Positions 1-7,521 of a stretch of 39,888 bases of DNA are shown piece after piece. Within the stretch, counting starts at the first letter, position 1. Every line of letters starts with the position of its first letter. The notes under the pieces were generated by a model, which searched no databases, had not been told where the DNA came from, and worked only from the letters and a program-made list of their open reading frames with translations. The DNA is from Myxococcales bacterium. GTDB lineage: Bacteria > Myxococcota_A > Bradymonadia > Bradymonadales > Bradymonadaceae. The position numbers were made by a program, and so were the translations under genes. The stretch spans positions 1 to 39,888 of the forward strand of contig SLPW01000101.1 of NCBI GenBank assembly GCA_007131755.1. Direction: 5' to 3'.

Positions 1-2
1 CC

Positions 3-227
3 CGTGATGAGCGACCCCGGGGTTCGGACTGCCGTCCCTTTAGCTCGGCGGTGGAGCGTCCGGCCCATCCGGCCTCGTCGGTGGACGTAGAGCCCTTTCG
101 CTACTGGGGATTGAGGGCGGGCTGGCGCATTCCATCGCCGGCGATGATCGAGGCATCGGACCAGGCGCTCGAAGATGCTCTCAAAGAGACGATTGTCGAA
201 TTTGGATCAAAGAACGATGATGGATGA
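3..227 (+). CDS. 3' end of an upstream CDS cut by the window edge (hypothetical protein)
   Basis: Frame 3 is open from the window edge to TGA at 225-227 (74 codons, ending ...IEASDQALEDALKETIVEFGSKNDDG). Third codon positions are GC-rich like neighbouring genes. It is absent from the ORF track only because it has no start codon in the window. Confidence 0.3.
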   Translation, partial: RDERPRGSDCRPFSSAVERPAHPASSVDVEPFRYWGLRAGWRIPSPAMIEASDQALEDALKETIVEFGSKNDDG

Positions 228-303
228 GTGCAGCCGAGTTTTTTTCGGCAGTCGGGAAGACGAGACTTCCCGGTGGAGATCAAACCGCGACAGAGGCATG
301 GCA

Positions 304-834
304 ATGAAGAAGTTTTGGGCAGTGGTGATCGTGGTGTCCGTATTGCTTATAGCGGCACCTGTGAGCGCACAATCGGCAGAGGGACGTCCAGCCGGGTTTG
401 GGGCCGGTCTCGGATTCGGATCCTTCGTCACCGGGGTCTCCTTGAAAAAGCACGACGGCGATCGGGCACTTCAGGGAGTGATCGGTTGCGGATGGAGGTG
501 GGGATACGGGCGCCGGGGGCACCGGACAAGGGGAAGCCAGTGTCGAGGAATGGGCGTAAGCGGCGATCTGCTCTTGAGTATGCCGGTGATCACCGATGAG
601 GGTTCAGTGATTCTGGCCTGGAACGTCGGGGGGGGAGCGTCGGTGGGTGTCTGGGATCATTACTACGAGGGAGACCGGCTGTGGCTGGGCGGACAATTCG
701 TCGCCGGCCTGGAGTTTATCTTCCCCGGAGTGCCGCTGGATCTGGTGTTGGAATGGCGGCCCAGTCTATTGGTGATTCCCACCGGCGATTTCTGGTTCGG
801 TCAGGCCGGATTCCACGTGCGCTATTATTTTTGA
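304..834 (+). CDS. Small secreted outer-membrane beta-barrel-like protein
   Basis: Same frame as track ORF 175..834. The ATG at 304 lies 7 nt after GAGG (293-296); an ATG at 298 is an alternative start. Signal peptide MKKFWAVVIVVSVLLIAAPVSAQS. The sequence is Gly/aromatic-rich with an alternating pattern and ends ...HVRYYF, an aromatic C-terminus typical of OM beta-barrels. Confidence 0.6.
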   Translation: MKKFWAVVIVVSVLLIAAPVSAQSAEGRPAGFGAGLGFGSFVTGVSLKKHDGDRALQGVIGCGWRWGYGRRGHRTRGSQCRGMGVSGDLLLSMPVITDEGSVILAWNVGGGASVGVWDHYYEGDRLWLGGQFVAGLEFIFPGVPLDLVLEWRPSLLVIPTGDFWFGQAGFHVRYYF

Positions 835-869
835 CAGGTCCAACTTTTGAAGCGTCCAACGCCGGGGGG

Positions 870-1079
870 TCAGTTGCGCTGGTTGAGAAAGCGGGCGATG
901 CGTCGGCAGGTTGAGAAATAAGCCGACGCCCCGCGCTCGACGACCACTTCAAAGCCCTTTCTGGGAGCGTCGAGCAGGGCCGTGGTCTGGAGTCGACGCA
1001 CGGGGAGGGTCTTATCGCCGCCGCGGCGCTGCTCTTCTTTTGCGTCGTGGTTTTCGATGTCTTCCTTGCGCGTGGTCAT
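870..1079 (-). CDS. Hypothetical small protein (69 aa)
   Basis: Intact ORF with GC3-rich codon usage like flanking genes. It fills the gap between 834 and 1203 and is divergent from the hydratase gene. No motif recognised. Confidence 0.4.
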   Translation of the reverse strand: MTTRKEDIENHDAKEEQRRGGDKTLPVRRLQTTALLDAPRKGFEVVVERGASAYFSTCRRIARFLNQRN

Positions 1080-1202
1080 AATAGCTGAAAGGTTGGGGCG
1101 CCAATGTGGAAGGGAATCATCAGATCAACGGCTCCATCATACAGAATGAACAGGAGACGTCGAGGTTCGTTTACGGCTCGCGTTGAGGATGGGAGAGAGC
1201 GA

Positions 1203-1997
1203 ATGGGAAAGGAAGATACGACGGTGTTGCAGCGCGAAGTGGATGAGGCGGGGATCTGCACGGTGACCCTCAATCGCGAGGGGTCGCTCAACGCTCTCAA
1301 CGGAGCGCTGGTGGAGGCGCTTGGCGAGGCGTTTTACGAGATGCGCTATGATGATGGAATTCGGGTCGTCATCGTCACCGGGGCGGGAGAGCGCGCCTTT
1401 TGTGCAGGCGCCGACCTGGTGGAGCGCCGTGAGATGGAGGAAGTTGAGGTCAGACGCCGCATCGACGACTATCGCGAGGTGTTTCGGCGCATCGCCACCA
1501 TTTCCAAGCCTACGATCTGCGCCATCAACGGCTACGCCTTCGGAGGGGGATTGGAGCTTGCGCTGGCCTGCGATCTGCGGGTGGTCGATGAGGATACGCA
1601 GATCGGCTTGACGGAGGTGAAGTTGGGAATTATCCCCGGAGCGGGAGGCACCCAGCGATTGACACGAGCCGTCGGTGTGGCCCGGGCCAAGGAGTTGATC
1701 TTTACGGGCGCGAGGATCTCCGGGAGCAGGGCTGCCGAGATTGGATTGGTCAATTACGCCGTGGCTTCCAGGGATCTGATGAACAAGGCTCGTGAATTGG
1801 CAGAGAAGATGATCACCTCGGCGCCCATCGCCGTGGCCCAGGCAAAGCGGGCCATCGATAAGGGAAGCGAGATTGATCTGGAGAGTGGACTGGAGTTGGA
1901 GAGCGCGGCCTATGCCGTGACCCTTCCGACGCAAGACCGCCAGGAAGGACTGGCGGCGTTTAAGGAAAAGAGAACTCCCGAGTTCAAAGGGAAATGA
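1203..1997 (+). CDS. Enoyl-CoA hydratase/isomerase (crotonase) family protein, possibly methylglutaconyl-CoA hydratase-like
   Basis: Track ORF 1104..1997. The ATG at 1203 is preceded by GGGAGAG. Crotonase signatures: VVIVTGAGERAFCAGADL, INGYAFGGGLELALACDLR, GLTEVKLGIIPGAGGTQRL. It lies directly upstream of a carboxyltransferase gene. Confidence 0.9.
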   Translation: MGKEDTTVLQREVDEAGICTVTLNREGSLNALNGALVEALGEAFYEMRYDDGIRVVIVTGAGERAFCAGADLVERREMEEVEVRRRIDDYREVFRRIATISKPTICAINGYAFGGGLELALACDLRVVDEDTQIGLTEVKLGIIPGAGGTQRLTRAVGVARAKELIFTGARISGSRAAEIGLVNYAVASRDLMNKARELAEKMITSAPIAVAQAKRAIDKGSEIDLESGLELESAAYAVTLPTQDRQEGLAAFKEKRTPEFKGK

Positions 1998-2028
1998 GAG
2001 CTCACCAAGCGCGAATGCAGGAGACAAG

Positions 2029-3594
2029 ATGAGCAAGGCGTCCAAGTCGCAGATCGACGAGTTGTCACAGTTGGATCGGGAGGTCGTTGAGAAGCGCCAC
2101 CAGATCGATAGCGGTGGAAAGCAAAAATACCATGAGCGCAACCGAGAGCGGGGAAAACTCTTCGTTCGAGAGCGGCTGGATTTGTTGCTGGACGACGGGT
2201 TGGAGATCGAAGACGGGGCCTTTGCCAACGTGCAGGCCGGCGACCTTCCGGCCGACGGGGTGGTCACGGGAGTGGGCAAGGTCAACGGGCGTCGCGTGGC
2301 GGTGATCGCCAACGACTCCACTGTGAAAGCAGGCTCCTGGGGCTGGCGTACCGTGGAGAAGATGATTCGAATTCAGGAGACGGCGGAACGGCTGAAGATT
2401 CCCCTCGTCTATCTCATCGACTCCGCAGGGGCGCGGATTACGGACCAGCTCGAGATGTTTCCGGGGCGAAGAGGGGCGGGCAAGATCTTCTACAACCAGG
2501 TGCGCCTGTCGGGCTATGTGCCTCAGGTCTGCCTGTTATTCGGCCCCTCGGCGGCGGGAGGAGCATATATTCCGGCCTTCTGCGACGTGGTGGTTATGGT
2601 CGAGGGCAACGCCTCGATGTATCTGGGCTCGCCACGTATGGCGGAGATGGTCATCGGGGAAAAGGTGACCCTGGAAGAGATGGGCGGGGCGAAGATGCAC
2701 TGCAAGAAGTCGGGATGCGGTGACGTCCTGGTGGACAGCGAAGAGGAGGCCCTTCGATTTTGTCGCGACTACCTGGAGTACTTCCCCTCCCATTTCGGGG
2801 GGGAGGTTCCGACAGGGGAGCCGAAGGAGCCGAAAGAGCAAAAGAAGAGCCTGGAGGAGTTGATTCCGAAGAATCAGAATCGGGCCTTCAATATGAAGAA
2901 GGTCATCGCCCATCTGGTGGATGACTCGGAGTTTCTGGAGATCAAAGCCGAATTTGCAAAGGAGCTGATTACCGCCCTGGGGCGCATCGACGGTCGTCCG
3001 GTGGGGATCGTGGCCAGCCAGCCGCGCTGGAAGGGAGGAGTGCTCTTCGTGGACTCCGCCGACAAGGGGGCGCGATTCATCTCTCTATGTGATGCCTTTG
3101 ATATTCCGCTGATCTTTTTGGCCGACGTCCCGGGGTTCATGATCGGGACGAAGGTGGAGAAGGAGGGGATCATTCGCCATGGGGCGAAGATGATCTCGGC
3201 GGTGAGCGAGGCGACGGTGCCAAAGCTGTCGGTGGTGGTGCGCAAGGCCTACGGGGCTGGATTGTACGCCATGTGTGGGCCCGGCTTTGAGCCCGACGCC
3301 ACCCTGGCACTACCGGAGTCGATGATCGCCGTCATGGGACCCCAGGCGGCGATCAACGCCGTATACGCGCGCAAGATCCAGGCCCTGCCCGAGGAGGATC
3401 GACCGGCCTATGTGGAGAAAAAGCGCGCCGAATACGAAGAAGATATCGATATCTATCGGCTCGCCAGCGAGCTGATCGTCGACGAGATGGTCACCAAAGG
3501 AGATCTTCGAGACGAATTGCGTCGCCGGCTTGCGGTCTACGAGACGAAGCAAAAGGGCTGGCCGGAGAAAAAGCACGCAGTGACTCCTGTGTAA
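2029..3594 (+). CDS. Acyl-CoA carboxylase carboxyltransferase (beta) subunit, methylcrotonyl-/propionyl-CoA carboxylase type
   Basis: 521 aa. AGGAGA Shine-Dalgarno before the ATG. Family-typical blocks: RGKLFVRERLDLLLD, VTGVGKVNGRRVAVIANDSTVKAGSWG, LLFGPSAAGGAYIPAFCD, ADKGARFISLCDAFDIPLIFLADVPGFMIG. Confidence 0.9.
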   Translation: MSKASKSQIDELSQLDREVVEKRHQIDSGGKQKYHERNRERGKLFVRERLDLLLDDGLEIEDGAFANVQAGDLPADGVVTGVGKVNGRRVAVIANDSTVKAGSWGWRTVEKMIRIQETAERLKIPLVYLIDSAGARITDQLEMFPGRRGAGKIFYNQVRLSGYVPQVCLLFGPSAAGGAYIPAFCDVVVMVEGNASMYLGSPRMAEMVIGEKVTLEEMGGAKMHCKKSGCGDVLVDSEEEALRFCRDYLEYFPSHFGGEVPTGEPKEPKEQKKSLEELIPKNQNRAFNMKKVIAHLVDDSEFLEIKAEFAKELITALGRIDGRPVGIVASQPRWKGGVLFVDSADKGARFISLCDAFDIPLIFLADVPGFMIGTKVEKEGIIRHGAKMISAVSEATVPKLSVVVRKAYGAGLYAMCGPGFEPDATLALPESMIAVMGPQAAINAVYARKIQALPEEDRPAYVEKKRAEYEEDIDIYRLASELIVDEMVTKGDLRDELRRRLAVYETKQKGWPEKKHAVTPV

Positions 3595-3721
3595 CGGATC
3601 GCAGAAGAGGAATGACAGAAGGCAGAAGTCGGAGCTGTGTCCAGGTGATCGCGCCAGAGCCTGTGGGGTTTCGATGAGGTATGACAGGGATTTCGCGGTG
3701 TGAAATGAGGAGACAGGGCAA

Positions 3722-4984
3722 ATGGAAACGGAAAAGGTAGACGAGGCGGTCGACGGGATCGACGAATTGATCGCCCAGGGGGAGTTCGAAGAGGCCGACG
3801 AGGCTCTGGAGGGGGCGATCGAGCGGTTTGGGGAGGTCGAAGAGTTGCTGGTGCTGCGAGCGGAGCTGGCGCTGGAGGCCGAGGAATACGGCGAGTGTGT
3901 GGCCGCCGCGGAGTACGCGCTGAATAATGGTGAGGAGTACGACGACGAGGTGCGCGGCCAGTTGTTGGAGCTGAAGGGCTATGCCCAATTTTGTCTCGAC
4001 GACTCCGAAGAGGCGCGAAAGTCCTTTAATGAGGCGATTCGTGTCGGCGGCGGACGCTGGGAGGCGCTGTTGGGACGGGCGATGGTTCACGAGGACTTAT
4101 TCTACGACCGGGCGGCGCTGCTGGATCTGGATCGAGCGATCGCTGTCGACGACCAGGAGGCGCAGCCCTTTGCGATTCGAGGCAATATTCGACTTCGCAG
4201 TGGGAATCTGGAGGAGGCCGAAAAAGACCTGGAGCATGCCGTGGACATTGATCCCGACGATGAAGAGTCGAGGCTGAGCCTGGCGCGAGTGCAGGCGACG
4301 GCGCGCAAGACGTCGGCGGCCATGGAGACTCTGGAGCCCCTGGTAGAAGGAGGAGAAGACCCGGCGTATGTGATGCCGGCAGCCCTGTTGCGAAGCCAGT
4401 TGTCGTTGACTCTGGGAAGTACCGATGCGGCCAGGGAGGATGCGGAGGTGGCCATCGAGGCGGCAGCTGATGAGCCCTGGGGATATCTGCAGCTTGCGGC
4501 CTGTGAACTGACGGCCATGCGCCCCGGAGATGCCATCAGTGCGAGTAAGAAGGCGGAGGCGACGGTGGACGACGTCTCGCAGATCCCCGATATCTATGCG
4601 CTCAGGGCGTCGGCCTACGACCAGTTGGAGAAGGCCGACAAAGCAAAGCAGATGCGACAAAAGGCGGAGGGTACAGCTCGACTTCCGGCGGTGGTCTACG
4701 GGGAGATCCTCAACCCGGCACAGAACGTTCCCATCAATCCCGACAAGCCCATCGATGCCCGAACGTTGATGGAGCAGATCTTCGAAGATCCTTCGCAGGC
4801 CCCCGAGGGCTATGAGGAGGCACTTCGCCAGGCGATTGCACGAATTCCGGAGTTGATTCAGCAGAATCCGGGAGCGGAGCGACTGAGGTTGAATCTACCG
4901 CAGATTCCGGGGTCGCAGGAGGCTCCGAAGAGCCTGGTCATCGAGGTCAATCAACGAACCAAAAGTGGCGGCGCCACGGGGTGA
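3722..4984 (+). CDS. Acidic TPR-like repeat protein
   Basis: 420-aa ORF with GGAG before the ATG. It has repeated helical-hairpin (TPR-like) segments such as AIRGNIRLRSGNLEEAEKDLEHAVDIDPDD. No signal peptide. Confidence 0.6.
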   Translation: METEKVDEAVDGIDELIAQGEFEEADEALEGAIERFGEVEELLVLRAELALEAEEYGECVAAAEYALNNGEEYDDEVRGQLLELKGYAQFCLDDSEEARKSFNEAIRVGGGRWEALLGRAMVHEDLFYDRAALLDLDRAIAVDDQEAQPFAIRGNIRLRSGNLEEAEKDLEHAVDIDPDDEESRLSLARVQATARKTSAAMETLEPLVEGGEDPAYVMPAALLRSQLSLTLGSTDAAREDAEVAIEAAADEPWGYLQLAACELTAMRPGDAISASKKAEATVDDVSQIPDIYALRASAYDQLEKADKAKQMRQKAEGTARLPAVVYGEILNPAQNVPINPDKPIDARTLMEQIFEDPSQAPEGYEEALRQAIARIPELIQQNPGAERLRLNLPQIPGSQEAPKSLVIEVNQRTKSGGATG

Positions 4985-5277
4985 CGATGCGAGAGATCTT
5001 GCACGAAGATGGGGAATTGACGTTGGCCCTGGTCGTCGACGACGGAAGCTTGATGGTGGAGCTTCAATCCACCGAGCATGGACCCGATCTGAGCGAGCCC
5101 CACGAAGTGGTGGTCGTCGTCGACGGGCAGGGGCGACGACTCGAGGTCGAGGGGCCGCAGCGGGCGACGGCGGTGGTGCACCCGCAACTGGAGGAGGAGC
5201 CGGAGGCGATGATGCTGATGGTCAGGGTCTTCGAGTTTTTCGAGGGGTGGGAGCTCTTCGCTGATGAATCGGATTAG
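4981..5277 (+). CDS. Small acidic hypothetical protein (about 96-98 aa)
   Basis: GTG at 4981 or ATG at 4987 overlaps or abuts the TGA (4982-4984) of the TPR gene, suggesting translational coupling. Codon usage is coding-like. No motif recognised. Confidence 0.5.
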   Translation: MTMREILHEDGELTLALVVDDGSLMVELQSTEHGPDLSEPHEVVVVVDGQGRRLEVEGPQRATAVVHPQLEEEPEAMMLMVRVFEFFEGWELFADESD

Positions 5278-6257
5278 ATGCGGCGCACAATGACGGCCAT
5301 GGTCTCGATGCCCTCTTCGGCCCAGCGGCGCTTGTAGGCCATATCACTTCCCAGGTCGTAGCTCTGGACGCCCTCGTCGCAGAGGTATTCGATCATACGG
5401 AGTTGGGCGAGGCTGCCGGGAGAGTGATTTCGGTAGGCGTCGTCAAAGCTCATCTGCAGGCCCCGAAAGCTGTCTTCGAAGACACCGCCGAAGCAGTAGG
5501 CGATGTCCTTGCCGTCGAGGGTCAAGAAGAGAAAGCGCAGGGCGTTGCGCCTGGCGAGTCGGGGAAGCATGTCGCGATAGAAGGTCTTCATGGGGCCATC
5601 GATGATGCCCGTGTCGGCGTTGGCCTTCCAGCTTTGGTGCTCTACGTCCAGGGCGCGAGCGAAGAGTTCGTCGATTGCCTGCGCAGCTGTGGCGCGGTCG
5701 AAGTAGTCGACATCCAACCCGGCCGCTTCGGCCCGACGTCGGTTGCGGCGAAGGTTGGCCCGGAATTTGGAAGATCGGCGGCTCAAGAAGCCCTCTACTC
5801 CTCCCTGGAGGCTGGCCACGCGGCGTACTGAGGATGGACCGAGGCCCAGCGAGAAGTGGCCCCGAAAGCCGCGAATAAGCTCCTGGAAGTGGGTGGAGTC
5901 GGGGTTGATACCCGACAAAAAGAGGATATCCCACTGAAGGTCGGTGGAGCGGCACAGGTCGACGAATTGACGAGTCAGCTCCGCCGGGGCAGGGCCGACG
6001 AGGGGGCTGGCAAGCGCCCAACTCGCCTCCAGGGGATGGACGTAGGTTCCGAGGCTGCGGTCGGTGCCGATGCCCAGGACGGCGAAGCCCTCCTCGGATT
6101 GGTGCGCCCACAGGCGGTGGTCTGGCAAAAAGGCGCGCCAGGCGGGGAGGATCCAGAAACTCGACGAGCAAAAGCGGTCGATATCTGGAGTTCGGCCGAC
6201 GGCGTCATCGAATTCTCGAGCCCGCCGTTCCAGTTCTGTGATCGTCAACTCGCGCAT
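5274..6257 (-). CDS. GNAT-superfamily acetyltransferase, BioF2/CelD-like (Acetyltransf_6-type)
   Basis: Track ORF 5274..6407. The likely start is the internal ATG at 6257 (MRELTITELE...). The C-terminal part (FLFLTLDGKDIAYCFGGVF...SLAQLRMIEYLCDEGVQSYDLG...YKRRWA) resembles the FemAB/CelD-like GNAT family. Confidence 0.65.
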   Translation of the reverse strand: MRELTITELERRAREFDDAVGRTPDIDRFCSSSFWILPAWRAFLPDHRLWAHQSEEGFAVLGIGTDRSLGTYVHPLEASWALASPLVGPAPAELTRQFVDLCRSTDLQWDILFLSGINPDSTHFQELIRGFRGHFSLGLGPSSVRRVASLQGGVEGFLSRRSSKFRANLRRNRRRAEAAGLDVDYFDRATAAQAIDELFARALDVEHQSWKANADTGIIDGPMKTFYRDMLPRLARRNALRFLFLTLDGKDIAYCFGGVFEDSFRGLQMSFDDAYRNHSPGSLAQLRMIEYLCDEGVQSYDLGSDMAYKRRWAEEGIETMAVIVRRI

Positions 6258-6559
6258 TTCTAAGGGTGAACTCGCAGAATACGGTGAGGAGAAATGGCAA
6301 CGGCAGCGTTGAGTGCCTCGTCGATTCCATGTAGCGTCATAGTCGTGGTTCCTGTTTTTGTAGTCCACCGAAGTCATAGACAAAGTCTTGACTTTCGCCG
6401 ACACCATCTCTAAACGTAAGGCGTTTTGAGGTCTGCGAAAGTTTCTAGTATCGACCAGCGAATTTTCGGCGGCTTCTGCCGGTTATCCGACGTCTTTGGA
6501 GAAGCGCGAAAGCGGTACCTCTCCATGTCGAGCTGAAGTTGCCACAGAAGGTGTATCGG

Positions 6560-7354
6560 ATGGATTTCCGAAGGGCAAAATACCTGCTTCCAAATCTATT
6601 CACTCTGTCCAGCATCTGCGCCGGATTGTTCAGCATCCATATGTCGACGACGGCACAGAACGTCTCGGATATCACGCTGGCGGCGTGGTTGATCGTGGTG
6701 TCCATGGTCTGTGATCTGTTGGACGGGCGTGTAGCGAGGATGACGAAGGCCGAGAGCGAGCTGGGGATTCAGCTCGACAGCCTTGCCGATGCCATCAGCT
6801 TTGGCGTGGCGCCGGCCTTTCTTCTCTATCATTGGGGAATGGCGGAGTGGGGGCCTCTGGGGATGTTCGTGGCCTTCGGCTACGTGGGGTGTGCCGTGAT
6901 GCGGCTTGCTCGCTTCAATGTGCTGACGGGACAGGCAACGGAGGCCAAGAAGTTCTTCGTCGGTCTTCCCACGCCGCTGGCGGCGGGGACGGTGGTGTCA
7001 TTGGTGATGGCCCACGTGTCGTATACGGAGACGATGGCCGTTTCGGGAGCGGCGGCGAGTGTTGCGGCGGTGGCGCTGCTGTTGGGGGGGTTGATGGTGA
7101 GCAATGTGCGTTATCGCACCTTCAAGAATATCGGCCTCAGTGGGCGGGTTGCGGCTCTTGCGTCGGTGGTGGTGCTGACGTCAGCGGCAGTGTCCGTATT
7201 CTTGAAGCCCAGCGTGGCTTTCGTGTTGCTGATGGTGGCCTATATCACCCTCGGTCTGGGCGGCGGACTGGTCCATCTGGGCAAGTATGTCTTTGGCTCT
7301 GCCGGTGAGGAGAGCCCCCTATTTGCCGAGATGCGTGACGGCGAGTCGACGTAG
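6560..7354 (+). CDS. pssA: CDP-diacylglycerol--serine O-phosphatidyltransferase
   Basis: Start MDFRRAKYLLPNLFTL. The CDP-alcohol phosphatidyltransferase motif D-G-x2-A-R-x8-G-x3-D-x3-D is present as DGRVARMTKAESELGIQLDSLAD. Multiple hydrophobic TM segments. Confidence 0.85.
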   Translation: MDFRRAKYLLPNLFTLSSICAGLFSIHMSTTAQNVSDITLAAWLIVVSMVCDLLDGRVARMTKAESELGIQLDSLADAISFGVAPAFLLYHWGMAEWGPLGMFVAFGYVGCAVMRLARFNVLTGQATEAKKFFVGLPTPLAAGTVVSLVMAHVSYTETMAVSGAAASVAAVALLLGGLMVSNVRYRTFKNIGLSGRVAALASVVVLTSAAVSVFLKPSVAFVLLMVAYITLGLGGGLVHLGKYVFGSAGEESPLFAEMRDGEST

Positions 7355-7521
7355 TAGACCGGGGCGAAGTGGCCTGCGAGAAGCAGACGTGAATTTCCCG
7401 GCAGTTTTCCAGGGACAGTAGAGCGTGATTGAAAAGTAGGGGTGATGCGCTATTCTCGGTGTTGGAGTGCGAAGAGGATGTTGAGTTGTGACGATCGTTG
7501 ATGACGGGAGAAAGGCGCGAG

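Noticed and set aside
1137-2321. 394-aa ORF antisense to the enoyl-CoA hydratase and the start of the carboxyltransferase
   Set aside because: It overlaps two genes with unmistakable family motifs on the other strand. Its composition is S/R/P/L-rich with no motifs, which is the typical shadow ORF of GC-rich DNA.
7498-7521. TTG/ATG starts at 7498 and 7501 for the PHP lipoprotein, and long upstream extensions of several track ORFs (1104, 6407, 6539, 16385, 28057, 29067, 31152, 31314)
   Set aside because: Internal ATGs are better placed relative to Shine-Dalgarno-like sequences. They give canonical N-termini or signal peptides, whereas the extensions are R/S/P-rich and lack homology-like features.
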